64,000 nucleotides of DNA from an uncultured Chloroflexia bacterium (GCA_963776385.1 CAVZME010000011.1:351806-415805); one strand, 5' to 3'; shown: positions 39,576 through 52,332, numbered from the stretch's first letter. Notes: generated by a model not told the origin, from the sequence alone. Numbers and translations are program-made.

Positions 39576-40142
39576 TCACACGCGCGAGAGGACGAGCTTG
39601 GCGAGCGCGAGGACCGCTGCGTCGACCTTCTCCTGGTTGTCCTTGAAGTCCACGATGGCGACGTCGATCTCGTGGCCACCCTGTTTGATCGCCAGGTCAC
39701 CGGCGTGGGGGTAGCCCTTGTATGCCGCCTCCCCGAGACCGCTGACCGCGGTGGCCGACGACGCCGACGACATCGTCGTCCAGAGGTTGTCGTCATAGGG
39801 CTGGACGATGACGCCGACGGCGAGCGAGTCGTCGTCCTGCCCGTCCCATTCGCAGTTCGTCTGGTCGGGGTTGCCGGTCTGGAATGTACCCGCCTTCACG
39901 GCCGCGCCGAGCGCCTGCTGGATCTCCGCGGGCGTGAGGAGAGAGCATCCGGACATGGAGGAGTCTCCGCTGCCGCCCTGCGCGGCTGGACTGCCGGCCG
40001 ACGCCTGACCGCCCGGGTCCGAGCTGCCGCCCCCCGCGGCCGTGCTCGAACCCGGTGAACCGGCTGGGCCGCCGGTGCATGCGGCGATCAACGCGGCCGC
40101 CCCGACGACCGCGCTGACGCCCTTGAGGATTCGGACGCTCAT
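39576..40142 (-). CDS. Putative lipoprotein (DUF3558-like)
   Basis: Lipobox IAAC, Gly/Ser linker, GCSLLTPAEIQQALG...NCEW, VSGLGEAAY. Confidence 0.7.
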   Translation of the reverse strand: MSVRILKGVSAVVGAAALIAACTGGPAGSPGSSTAAGGGSSDPGGQASAGSPAAQGGSGDSSMSGCSLLTPAEIQQALGAAVKAGTFQTGNPDQTNCEWDGQDDDSLAVGVIVQPYDDNLWTTMSSASSATAVSGLGEAAYKGYPHAGDLAIKQGGHEIDVAIVDFKDNQEKVDAAVLALAKLVLSRV

Positions 40143-40456
40143 CGCTTCACCACCTCGATCGGGTCCGGTGCCACCTGGATCGCGACGGCGATCCGGTCGA
40201 TCCGGAGGTCGGCGCGCTCGTTGACCTCGCGGACGACCGATTCGCTCGCGGCCGCGATCAACGTGAAGACGACCTGGTCGGCCGGCATGAGGATCGAGCC
40301 GACGTGCTCGACCGCCTGTCCCTCTGCGCGCATGTCCCGGGCCGCCCGCTCGAGGTCCGGCAGGACCGCCCTGAGCTGCGACTCGTCGATGCCCGGCCAG
40401 TACCGCTCGACGAGGAAGGTGCTGCCTTGGTCGGTGGCGGTTTGCGGTCGGTCCAT
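40139..40456 (-). CDS. Small ferredoxin-like-fold protein (DUF4242/SCO4226-like)
   Basis: TFLVERYWPG, VEHVGSILMPADQVVFTLIAA, VREVNERA. GGAGG SD. Confidence 0.55.
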   Translation of the reverse strand: MDRPQTATDQGSTFLVERYWPGIDESQLRAVLPDLERAARDMRAEGQAVEHVGSILMPADQVVFTLIAAASESVVREVNERADLRIDRIAVAIQVAPDPIEVVKR

Positions 40457-40511
40457 CGCCTCCCGACGCTACGCCGGACTCACCGCGCGACGAAAGAGGC
40501 GACCTCCATCA

Positions 40512-43353
40512 TCAGTCCGGATCCGTCGGCACGGTCGGTCGCGCCTGGATCTCGGCCATGCGCGCGCCGAGCTCCGCTCGAGAGTGGATGCCGAGCTTCT
40601 CGTAGACCCGTCCGAGGACGTTCCCGACGCTCTTGGGCGTCAGGAACACGAGTTCGGCGATCCGCCGACTGGTGAGACCCGAGGCGGCCAGCTCCGCGAC
40701 CTTCCGCTCGGTGGAGGTCAGGGTCTCGGGTGCAGTCGGGCGCAGGCCGACCCGCGCCAGCTCGGCCCGGGCCCGATCCGCCCACAGCGGCGTTCCGAGC
40801 TCCTCGAACAGCGCGAGCGATGCGTGCAATGTCTCGCTGGCGCGACGCTTCTCCTTGCGCCGGCGATGGAGCTGGCCCTTGACGAGCAACGTCCTGGCCA
40901 GCTCGAACGGCATCGGCAGCGCCTCGTGCTCCGCGACTGCGCGCTCCAAGCCGGCGATGCCGCCGTCGAGATCACCACGAGCCGCGTCGAGCATCGCCCG
41001 ACACCGCAGACCCACCGCGCGGACCCACGGCGTCGGCACCGTCGCGGCGGCATGCTCCATCGTCGCCACGATCACCTCGGCATCCTTGAGGCGACCCTGG
41101 GCCAGCGCCACCTCGATCCGATCGCCCTCGAGCTTGAACCGCGCCGGGTGCCGTTTGCCGGTCTGCGCCGCGAGCTCGGCCGCCGCTGTGAGCTCCGCGT
41201 TGGCCACGTCGTACTGCCCGAGCGACAGCGCGACGAAGCCGAGGATGTGGTGATGGAACGTGGCGACAACGAGGTTCCCGTCGGCGAGGGCAAGCTCCAG
41301 CCCCTCCGTGGCCAGCCGTTGCGCCTCTTCGGCCCGGCCCTCGTAGGCCGCGACGAGGGCGACCCCCCGCAGTCGCCACGAGGGCATGAGGTTCGTCCCC
41401 TCCCGATCGTAGCCCTCCATGGCCGCCTCGGCGGTCTGGCGGGCTTCGGGCAGCCGGCCCCTGAGGCAGAGGAGCCCGGACAGCTGGACGAGGTTGAAGG
41501 GATCGTCCCAGCCCACGCCGGATTTGGCCCGGATCAGCTCCTCGGTCATCTCGATCGCCCGGTCGAGCTGATCCGTGAGCCGCGCGATGCCGAAGGCCAT
41601 GCCGTCGGCGTTCTCCCGCTCCCAGGTCCGGCCGGTGGCGCTGATGAGTGAGCCGCCACGCCGGACCTCGTCCTGATCCATCGGCTCGACGAGCTCGAGC
41701 TGCAGCGAGGCTCGCAAGAGGATCGCATTTGCGAGGAGGTCGTCATCCGCCTCGGCCCCCAGGCCGTCGAGCAGTTCCATCGCCTCGTTGACAGTCGCGA
41801 GTCCGCTCGCGACGTCGAGCTGGCAGCGGAGGAACGCCAGCCGCACCAGGATCCGAGCACGGGTGTCAGGATCGGTCGCCGGCCTCCGACAACGCCTGCT
41901 CGGCGAGTCCGATCGCGTCGGACAAGCGACCGTGGTAGTACCAGATGATCGCCCGCAGGCTCATGGCTTCGGCCCGGGCCGGTCCTGGTCGGGCCAGCGG
42001 CAGCGCCTGCTCGAGGAGCCCGTCGGCCTGGATGACCTCGGAGATGTCGAGGAACAGGCACTCGGCCGCCAGGCGGACGCGGCGCACCGCGTCGTCCGAC
42101 TGTGCGTCCGGGGTCAACCGGCTCGCCTGCTCGTACAACCCGGCGGCATCGAGCGTCGCGCCGCGCGACCGGGCAGCCGCCGCGGCGGCCTCGAGCTGGG
42201 TCGCGACGGCCTCGTCGGGAGCCAGCGCAGCCTGGCCCGCGTGGCGAGCGCGCGCATCGGCCGAATCGGCGGCGGCGGCGAGCGTCGCATGGACCGCCGC
42301 AAGCTCACCGGCCCGCGCTGAGCCGATCACGGCCTGCGCGAAGAGCGGGTGGGCGAATCGGACGAACCCGTCGTCGATCGAGATCACGCCCTCGGCACGC
42401 GCCGGATCGAGCGCGGCGACCATGCCCGGCTCGGCGCGCCGGATGGTCGCGAGCGTTGGCTCCGACGCGGCGGCTGCGAGCAGGAGCGCCCGGCGCGTCG
42501 GCGCCGGCAGGGCCCCGATCCGGGCGGCCACGAGTCCGCCGATCGTGCTCGGGACTGGAAGAGGTGCCCCGGGCGTCACGATCGCGCCCTGCCTGATGAG
42601 CGACCGGGCGATCTCAAGCGCGTAGAAGGGATTGCCGCCGGAGGCTGCCTCGATCCTGACGAGCGTCACGCGCGGGAAGGAGCGCCCGAACCGCTGCTCG
42701 AACAGCTGGTGCAGGGACGCCAGCGACATCGGCCCGACCTCGAGGCGCTCGGTGTGCGGCAAAGGCAATGAGGCGAGCAACTCGTTGGTGGACGATGGAT
42801 CGCCACTCCCCGGGCGCACGGACAGCAACACGCCGATCCGCTGGTCGACCAGCCGGCGGAGGGCGTAGGTCAGGATCGCCGACGAGCTGGCATCGAGCCA
42901 CTGCACGTCGTCGATCGCGACGAGGACGCCCGCGCCCGATCCGGCCAGGTGACGCAGGAGGCCGGTCGCCGCGACCGAGAGCGTCCGTTGATCATTCGGC
43001 GCCGTCGGATCCTCATCGCGCAGGAGGGCCACGACCAGCGACCGGCGCTGTGGTGCCGGCAGGCCGGTGAGCTCGTCATCGACCACGTCCGCGAAGAGGT
43101 CGGTCAGACCGCCCAGGGTCAGCTCGCGCTCGGATTCCGCTGGTCGTGCCCGGAGGACGCGAACGCCCGCGCCTGCGGCCGCCTCGACGGCCGCCTCGAA
43201 GATCGTGGTCTTGCCGATGCCGGCGGGGCCGGCGAGGACGAGGCCGGACAGGCCATCGGGCAGCGTGGACACCAACTGGCGCGAGGCCGCCAGGAAGTCG
43301 CCGCGGCCGATCGGTTCAGGCGTGCCGGTCGGCTCGATCATCGGCGTCGGCAT
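40512..43353 (-). CDS. LuxR-family transcriptional regulator with N-terminal AAA/STAND ATPase (MalT/LAL-like; frameshift near 41860)
   Basis: GPAGIGKTT, VAIDDVQWLD, GGNPFYALE, C-terminal LTSTERKVAELAASGLTSRRIA...VYEKLGIHSR. Confidence 0.9.
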
Positions 43354-43592
43354 CGTCGACACGTGGGTCCTGCTTGCCCGGTGCGTGGCGGCGCATCGCG
43401 CGAGTGTACGCATTCGCGCGCCCTCGAGGCCGCGACCGATGGCGGACGAGGCGATGCGCGGCGGCGATGGCTCCACGACCGATCGCGCGAACGCCCCGCC
43501 GACCCATGGCTGGCCTGGCTGCGGTCGGGGTGACAAACTTGGGCGCGCACGGAGCCGCTGCAGCACGCTCATCGCCGGGAGTCACCCGCCCG

Positions 43593-46238
43593 ATGCCATC
43601 CGCCCCGGATCGTCGCCTGCCCACCGGAACGGTGACCTTCCTGTTCACTGATATCGAGGGTTCGACCCGACTCGTGACGGCCCTCGGGGCCGCCTATGGG
43701 GCGGTTCTCGACGCACACTCCGAGGTCATTCGGACCGCGATCGCGCGTCACGCGGGAACCGAGGTGGGCACCGAGGGCGACGCCTTCTTCGCGGCGTTCC
43801 CATCGGCCATCAAGGCGGTCGCCGCTGCCGCTGACGCTCAGCGGGGATTCGCCGCGCACTCATGGCCGGACGGGGTCTCCGTCCGCGTCCGGATGGGGCT
43901 GCACACCGGCGAGGGCGTTCTCGGCGGTGACGACTACATCGGGATGGACGTTCATCGGGCGGCCCGTATCGCCGCCGCCGGTCACGGTGGCCAGGTTCTC
44001 CTCTCTGACGCGACACGGGCGCTCGTTGTGTCCGCGCTTCCGGACGGCCTCTCCCTTCGCGACCTCGCAGAGCACAGGCTCAAGGACCTGCCAGCGCCGG
44101 AGCGGATCTGGCAACTGAGCATCGATGGACTGCCGAGCGATTTTCCGGCGATCGGATCGCTCGACCCGCGGTACGGCAATCTGCCGCTCTCGTCGACGCC
44201 GCTGATCGGCCGTATGGCCGAGGTGGTCGCAATCGCAGATCTGGTGATTCGACGTCCACTCGTCACGTTGATCGGTCCAGGCGGCACCGGCAAGACACGA
44301 CTCGGACTGGCCGTCGCCGAGCGGCTGGCGACGGACTTTGCTGACGGCGCCTTCTTCGTGGCGCTCCAGGATGCCCGTGACGGGCCGGCCGTCGCGGCGG
44401 CGATCGCAACCGCCATCGGCATCCGTGAGCGACCGGACCGGGACCTCGAGCAGGGAGTCAAGGAGCATCTCCGCGATCGCCACCTGCTATTGGTCCTTGA
44501 CAACTTCGAGCAGGCGGTCACCGCGGCCCCGCTGATCGCGGAGATGATCGCCGGCTCCCCGCGCCTGAGAGTCATCGTGACGAGCCGGGCGGTTCTCCAT
44601 CTGTCGGCCGAACAGACCTACGAGGTACCGCCGCTCAGCCTGCCCGACCAGCGCGATCTCCCACGGCTGGCGATGCTCGGTGATTACGAGGCGATCGCGC
44701 TGTTCGTCGAGCGAGCGCGTGCGGTCAAGCCGGCATTTGAGATCACCAGCGAGAACGCGGGCACGATCGTCGAGATCTGCCGCCGACTCGACGGTTTGCC
44801 TCTTGCGATCGAGCTGGCCGCGGCGCGGATCAGGCTGCTTTCCCCGGCCGCGATCCTCGACCGGATCGCGAACCGCTTGCCCGTGCTTGTCGGCGGGGCG
44901 AGCGATCTGCCGACCCGGCAGCAAACGTTGCACGCCGCGATCGATTGGAGCTACGACCTGCTCGAGGCTCCCGAAGCGCGCCTGTTCGAACGACTCGCCG
45001 TCTTCGCGGGCGGCTGGACGCTCGACGCGGCCGAGGACGTCTGCAACCCGGGCGCGGAACTGGGCATCGACACCCTCGGCGGGCTAACCTCACTCGCCGA
45101 CAAGAGCTTGGTCCAGCCGATGGCAACCGACGGCACCGAGCCCCGTTTCCGCATGCTCCAGGTCATCCGTGAGTTCGCGGCCGAGAAGCTCGACGTGGGC
45201 GCGGACGAGACGGCGATACGGCGGCGCCATGCGCTGCACGTGCTGGCGCTCTCCGAGGCAGCAGGCCCGGAACTTCGCTCATCTAACCTGCGAACCTGGC
45301 AGCACCGATTACGCGCGGAGCAGGAGAACGTCCGAGCTGCGCTGCGATGGGCGACCAACGGCGGCGACGTCACGGTCGGTCTTCGGATCGCTGGCTCGAT
45401 CTGGGACTACTGGCACTACTGGGCCGACCTTCGGGAGGGAGCGCGCTGGCTGGAAGCACTGTTGGCGCTGCCGGCGGCCGTCGAGCCGACGCTCGTCCGA
45501 GCTCAGGCGCTAAGGGCACTCGCCGGCCTCGAGTACTGGCAGGGTGACGGGGATAGCGCGTTCGCCCTCTACGAGGAGGCGCTTGGGATCATCCGGACGC
45601 TTGGTGACGAGGGCATGATCGCGGCCGCCCTGCTGGATTGCGCCTGGGGCGCGATCGCGCGCGGGCAACTGGACGATGCGATCAGGTGCGCCGAGGAGAG
45701 CCGCGACCTCTATCAACAAACCGGCGACGAAGCACACGCGACGATCGTCTCTTCCTGGCTGCACGTCGCGCCGATCCTTACGGGCCACGGCGGCGACATC
45801 CCGGCCGCATTCGAGGGGATCCAAAAGGCGATCGACGCCAACCGACGCCTCGGGCAGATGCATGACGTGGCCGACTGGCTCGAGACTCTTCCGATGTTCT
45901 ATCGGGCGATCGGGGACTATCCCAACGCCCTTGCCACGGCCCGCGAAAGTCTGCGACTGTGGTACGACTTGGGAACGCTGGGGCGTCTGCCACTCGGTCT
46001 GAAGATGCTCGCGGCCGCAGAGCTCGGGATGGGTCGGCCGGAACGGGCTGTCCGGCTCGGTGCGGCAGCCGAACGCTTCAACGACGAGATCGGCGGCGAG
46101 GTACCCGACATCATCGCCCAGCTCGGCGCACCGGTCGAGGAAGCCCGGCCACTCCTCGAGCCGGCCGATCACGCCCGCGCTGTCGCCGAGGGCCGGAGCA
46201 TGCGCCTCGAGCGATTGATCGCCTACGCCCTCGAGTGA
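43593..46238 (+). CDS. Class III nucleotide cyclase domain + NB-ARC/STAND ATPase + TPR-like repeats
   Basis: FLFTDIEGST, TEGDAFF, RVRMGLHTG, DVHRAARI; Walker A GPGGTGKT, Walker B LVLDNFE; RRLDGLPLAIELAA. Confidence 0.9.
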   Translation: MPSAPDRRLPTGTVTFLFTDIEGSTRLVTALGAAYGAVLDAHSEVIRTAIARHAGTEVGTEGDAFFAAFPSAIKAVAAAADAQRGFAAHSWPDGVSVRVRMGLHTGEGVLGGDDYIGMDVHRAARIAAAGHGGQVLLSDATRALVVSALPDGLSLRDLAEHRLKDLPAPERIWQLSIDGLPSDFPAIGSLDPRYGNLPLSSTPLIGRMAEVVAIADLVIRRPLVTLIGPGGTGKTRLGLAVAERLATDFADGAFFVALQDARDGPAVAAAIATAIGIRERPDRDLEQGVKEHLRDRHLLLVLDNFEQAVTAAPLIAEMIAGSPRLRVIVTSRAVLHLSAEQTYEVPPLSLPDQRDLPRLAMLGDYEAIALFVERARAVKPAFEITSENAGTIVEICRRLDGLPLAIELAAARIRLLSPAAILDRIANRLPVLVGGASDLPTRQQTLHAAIDWSYDLLEAPEARLFERLAVFAGGWTLDAAEDVCNPGAELGIDTLGGLTSLADKSLVQPMATDGTEPRFRMLQVIREFAAEKLDVGADETAIRRRHALHVLALSEAAGPELRSSNLRTWQHRLRAEQENVRAALRWATNGGDVTVGLRIAGSIWDYWHYWADLREGARWLEALLALPAAVEPTLVRAQALRALAGLEYWQGDGDSAFALYEEALGIIRTLGDEGMIAAALLDCAWGAIARGQLDDAIRCAEESRDLYQQTGDEAHATIVSSWLHVAPILTGHGGDIPAAFEGIQKAIDANRRLGQMHDVADWLETLPMFYRAIGDYPNALATARESLRLWYDLGTLGRLPLGLKMLAAAELGMGRPERAVRLGAAAERFNDEIGGEVPDIIAQLGAPVEEARPLLEPADHARAVAEGRSMRLERLIAYALE

Positions 46239-46287
46239 TGGCGAGTGCGCACCCGACGACATCGCGTGTGAGCCGACGAATGGGGGT

Positions 46288-46364
46288 TGGTACCGCATAC
46301 CGGATTCGAACCGGTGGTCTCCGCCTTGAGAGGGCGGTGTCCTAGGCCTCTAGACGAATGCGGC
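46288..46364 (-). tRNA. trnE: tRNA-Glu (anticodon CTC)
   Basis: GCCGCAT/ATGCGGT acceptor stem, CCGCC-CTCTCAA-GGCGG anticodon arm, GGTTCGAATCC, encoded CCA. TATCAT -10 at 46403-46408. Confidence 0.95.
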
Positions 46365-46476
46365 ACAAGGGGCGCCGGGCGAGACCGCCGCGCCGGTCGG
46401 CCATGATACCAGCGCAGACCACGGAACCGCGACAGCCGACCCGCAGGGTCGCGCGGCGCGAGCGCCGAGCGACGGA

Positions 46477-47355
46477 CTAGAGCCGATTGACTTCCAGGAA
46501 CCCGCGGATCGCGTCGGCGACCTGCTGGTAGCTGTTCTCACCGACGACGAGGCCGTAGTGCGAGTGCGCCGCGAACGGCTCATAGCCGGCATCGAGCCAT
46601 TCCGCCAGGCGTTCGGATTCGGCCAGCGACACCGTCCGATCGAGGCCCGCCCCGACCACGAGACGCGGGATCTCCGCGAACCCGCGTCGATCGACCGGCA
46701 CGCCCGCGAGCATCTGGCGCCGTGCGGCGCCGGCCTCGTGCGGCTTCTGGCCGAGCAGGTGCTGGATGCGCAGGATGTCGGGCAGGGTCAGATCCCGCTC
46801 GTCGCGCAACAGGCGCTCGGGGAGCGTCTCCCAGCCGATCATCGACTTGCCATAGACCTCGGGGATATCGCGCAGCTCGTGCTGTCGGGCGGGCACCCGC
46901 AGGTCACGCGGCAGCTCGGAGCTCAACAGGACCAGGCCGGAGACCGGCATCCGCTCGGCCGCCTTGAGCGCGAGCAGGCCGCCCATGCCATGACCCACGA
47001 CCACGACGCCGGCCGGGAAGCGCTCGAGCGTCGCGACGACATCCTCGGTGTAGGTGTCGAACGAGAGCGTGGCCGGGTCGGCGGTCTGCGACCAGAAGTG
47101 GTTGCGCAGGTTGAGCGCGTGGCCTTCCCAGCCACGGGCCGCGAAGTAGCCGAGATAGCGCTCCCAGAGCCACGAACCGCTCAGCTCGCCGTGGACGAAC
47201 AGGAGCGGCTTGCGGCGCGACCGCCGCTCGGGCAACCACGACTCGACGTAGATGCCGCGTTCGTCGAGCTCGATCTCGTCCTTGCGGACCGGTCGACCGT
47301 TCGCCGGCGGCACCTGGGCGCGGGCGAGGATCTGCTCAGGCGTCGTATCGGGCAT
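46477..47355 (-). CDS. Alpha/beta fold hydrolase
   Basis: LLFVHGELSGSW, VVVGHGMGG (Gly where the nucleophile Ser is usual), LVVGAGLD, HSHYGL. Confidence 0.8.
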   Translation of the reverse strand: MPDTTPEQILARAQVPPANGRPVRKDEIELDERGIYVESWLPERRSRRKPLLFVHGELSGSWLWERYLGYFAARGWEGHALNLRNHFWSQTADPATLSFDTYTEDVVATLERFPAGVVVVGHGMGGLLALKAAERMPVSGLVLLSSELPRDLRVPARQHELRDIPEVYGKSMIGWETLPERLLRDERDLTLPDILRIQHLLGQKPHEAGAARRQMLAGVPVDRRGFAEIPRLVVGAGLDRTVSLAESERLAEWLDAGYEPFAAHSHYGLVVGENSYQQVADAIRGFLEVNRL

Positions 47356-47361
47356 GCAGGT

Positions 47362-48685
<1,324 letters not shown>

Positions 48686-48730
48686 GGAACCTCACGAACG
48701 GCGCGTCGCCAAGGGCTCTGGGACCGCTCC

Positions 48731-48740
48731 ATCGTACGAT
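48731..48740. promoter_or_regulatory. Palindrome ATCGTACGAT giving a TACGAT -10 on each strand of a divergent intergenic region
   Basis: Perfect 10-bp palindrome between the DUF1015 gene (minus) and the MoxR-vWA operon (plus). Confidence 0.4.
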
Positions 48741-48829
48741 AGCCGCCGGTCGGACGCCGCAGGACGTGCAACTTTCGACCGGCCTCGGGCGTCCTCCCTC
48801 CGACCAGACACCGACCCGACCACCGTGGG

Positions 48830-51355
48830 GTGCTCGTGCTCCGTCACCCGCTCACGCCACGCATCTCCTCGGCCGCCCGTCACGGCGCACGTCTCGTGGC
48901 GCTCGCCGGCGTCCTGTTCGCGGCTCTCGGGCCGTCGGTCGCGCCCGCCGCCGCAGCGGACACGCCGATGATGGAGGCGCATGTCCTGCGTCGCGGGTCA
49001 CGCCCGCGTCGGCTCGTGGGTCGCCATCTCCGTCCACCTCAAGAACGATGGCCCGCCGATCGCCGGCGAGCTCCGCCTGGCGGGTGGCACCCAGGGTCAG
49101 ACGCGATTCGGCACCGCCGTCGACCTGCCGACGCAGGCCGACAAGACCTATGTCCTGTACGCCCAGCCGCCGGCCTTCGGGTCGGAGCTCAAGGTCGACC
49201 TCGTCGATGGCGACGACCACGGTCGCCTCGACGAAGGCGCGCTTCACCGTCCACGACGCCAGCCAACTGGTCGTCGCGGTCATCGCCGAGCATCCCGAGC
49301 GGATCGTCGGCGAGCATCGACCTGCCACCCAACAACAACCAGGTCGCGCCGGTCATCGTCACCCTGACGCCCGAGGATCTGCCCGAACGCGTCGAGGCGT
49401 GGGCCTCGATCGACCGACTCGTCTGGCAGGACGTCGGAGGCCGACCGCCTCACGCCGCCCAACTCGCCGCGCTGCGTGGCTGGCTGGCCGGGGGCGGACG
49501 CCTCGTCATCGCCGGCGGGACGATCGGCCCGGCCGCGCTGGCCGCGTTCCCCGATGCGACTGCTCCCGTTCCGGCCGGTCGTCACGACCGACGTCCCCGC
49601 GGCCGACCTGACCGGTCTGCTCGGCGAGCTCCCGACCGACGCGACGACGCTGCCGGCGCTGTCGCGGCGAGCTCATCGACGGCCGCACGCTCGCGACGGT
49701 CGGCGATCGGGTCGTCGCGGCCGAGCGGTCGTACGGCTCCGGCTCGGTGACTCTCCTCGGCTTCGACCCGGGCGTCGACTGGATCGCCAAGACAGACAGC
49801 GCGCAGGACCTGTGGCGACGCGTGCTGCCGACACGGACGTCCGGCGGTCTGTCCTTCTTCGACGACAACCTGCTGATCGGAGCGGTCTCGCAGCTGCCGG
49901 CGCTGGCCCTCCCGCCGATCGGCGGCCTGATCCTGATCCTGCTCGTCTACATCCTGCTCGTCGGGCCGATCAACTACCTCGTCCTGCGGCGTCTCGACCG
50001 TCGCGAGTGGGCGTGGTTCACGATCCCTGCCCTCATCGTCGTCTTCGCGGTCGGTGCCTACGGTTTCGGCGCGGCCGCTGCGCGGCAGCGAACTCGTGGT
50101 CAACGAGCTCGCCATCGTTCGCGGCGCGCCGGGCACGACCGACGGCACGGCGCAGGTCTACCTCGGGCTCTTCTCGCCGACGCGGGGCGTCTACCAGGTC
50201 CGGGTGCCGGGCGGGGCCCTGCTGTCCGCGCCGATCAGCGGCGACTTCTTCGGCGAACACGGGAACGGCCAACAGCCTCGACGTCCTGCAGGGCGACCCG
50301 GCGCGCGTCCGCGACCTGGGCGTCGGGTTCTCGTCCCTCCGCGCCATCCGGGCCGAGACCGCGGTCAGCGTGCCGCTGGTGAAGGCGGACCTGCGGCTCG
50401 AGGACGGACGGCTCAAGGGCACGGTCACGAACGCATCGACCCGGCGGCTCGAGCGGCCGGCCGTGGTCCTCGGACAGACCGTCGTGGTCCTGGCGGACCT
50501 CGAGCCGGGCGCGAGCGCGACCGTCGATGCGCCGATGACCTTCAACCCGTTCGGCCAGTCGTTGTCGGACAAGGTGGTCGGAGCGGGACTCTTCGGCGGA
50601 CATCACCGCGACGGCGGCCGCCAGTCAGCAGTACGTTCGGCACAACATGGTCGACCAGCTGACGTACGACCCGATGTTCGGCTCGACGAACCTGCTCTCC
50701 GGCGACGGACCGGTCGTCCTTGCCTGGGGCTCGCGACGCGCTCCTCGACGTCGCGGTCGCGGACCAGAAGCCGCGCCATCCGGCAACGTCCTGTACTACC
50801 TGCCGGCCGACATGACGATCCGCGGCAAGACCACGTTCCGCGCCGACCTGCTGCGGTCCACGGTCGTCGGCAGCGACGCGCAGATGTTCTCGAAGGACCC
50901 GAGCTCGATCAACTTCGGTCGCGGCAGCGCGACCCTCGCCTATCGGCCGATCGCCTTCGATGGCCGGTTCGCCGCGACCGAGCTCGCGATCGCCATGAAC
51001 TTCGGCGATGGGACGCTTGGCGGGAAAGCGGTGCCGGTCGAGCCGGTCTCGTCCATCCCGCCGCGGTGTCCGAACCCGGCGATCGACCCACCGTCCGATC
51101 CGGCGTCACCCGCACCGGGCCGGGACTGCGATGTCGCCGTGCAGGACGGGCTCGCGGACGTCGAGCTCTTCGACCTCGGCGGCGCAGACCTGGAAGCGGC
51201 TCCCCCACCTCGCCAGCGGGACGCGCTACACGGTGACCGACCCGGCGCGCTACGTCGACCCGACCACCGGCACCGTGCTGGTCCGCTTCGTCAACGACCG
51301 CGCCGACCAGGTCGGCTTCCAGGTCGACGTCGCCGTGACGGGGACGGTCGAATGA
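48830..51355 (+). CDS. Large exported/membrane protein with GATase1-like domain and TM hairpin (many frameshifts)
   Basis: Signal peptide ending AAAA-D, GSWVAISVHLKNDG, GWLAGGGRLVIAGG, TM LVYILLVGPINYLVLRRLDRREWAWFTIP; ends VTGTVE* overlapping the next ATG. Confidence 0.65.
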
Positions 51356-52323
51356 GCGCCGATCGTCCGCACCGAGGGCCTGGTCAAGCGCTACGACCGG
51401 ACGATCGCGGTCGCGGGCATCGACCTCGACATCGCCGAGGGCGAGATCTTCGGGCTGGTCGGGCCGAACGGCGCGGGCAAGACCACCACCCTTCGGATGC
51501 TGGCCACGCTCCTGCAGCCGTCGGCCGGTCGAGGCCGAGATCGCCGGCTGGTCCGTGACCCGGAACCCCGACCAGGTCCGCCGCGTCCTCGGGTTCATGC
51601 CGGACGTCGTTCGGGGTCTACGACGACATGAAGGTCTGGGAGTACCTCGACTTCTTCGCCCGCTGCTACGGGCTTGACCCGGCCGGCCGCGTCGGCGGAT
51701 GATCGGCGACCTGCTCGACCTGGTCGATCTCGGCGGACAAGCGCGACGCCTACGTCCAGACGCTCTCGCGCGGCATGCAGCAGCGGCTGTGCCTGGCCCA
51801 CGCCCTCGTCCACGATCCGCAGGTCCTGCTCCTCGATGAGCCCGCATCGGGCCTCGACCCGCGCGCCCGGGTCGAGCTGCGCGAGCTCCTCCGCGAGCTC
51901 CGCTCGATGGGCAAGACGATCGTCATCAGCAGCCACATCCTCCCCGAGCTCGAGGAGCTGTGCACGAGCGTCGCGATCGTCGATCACGGCCAGGTCCTCG
52001 CCCAGGGTCGCGTCGCGGACATCGAGCGAGCGACTCCGGTTCGGGGCCGTCCTGCGCGTCCGCCTGCTGCTCGACGGCGAGGCGCTCGACGGCGGCGCGT
52101 GACGCGTTCGCGGCCGATCCGGACGTCGCCTCGGCGACGATCCTGGCCGACGGCACCATCGAGCTCGGGTTCCGCGGCGACGATGCGGCGGCTGCCCGGC
52201 TCCTCGCCGCGTCGGTCGCCGCCGGACTGCCCGATCGTCAGCTTCGCGCGCGCCGCGAGCGACCTCGAGGAGCTGTTCCTCCAGGTGACCGCAGGCGGGC
52301 CCGGCCCGGCAGCGGTCGCGTAG
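51352..52323 (+). CDS. ABC transporter ATP-binding protein (frameshifts)
   Basis: [43 protein letters not shown]. Confidence 0.9.
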
Positions 52324-52332
52324 GGGGCGACG

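Noticed and set aside
28105-46364. Genomic island bounded by tRNA-Arg and tRNA-Glu
   Set aside because: No duplication of either tRNA 3-prime end was seen, there is no recombinase, and the interval contains core-like genes.
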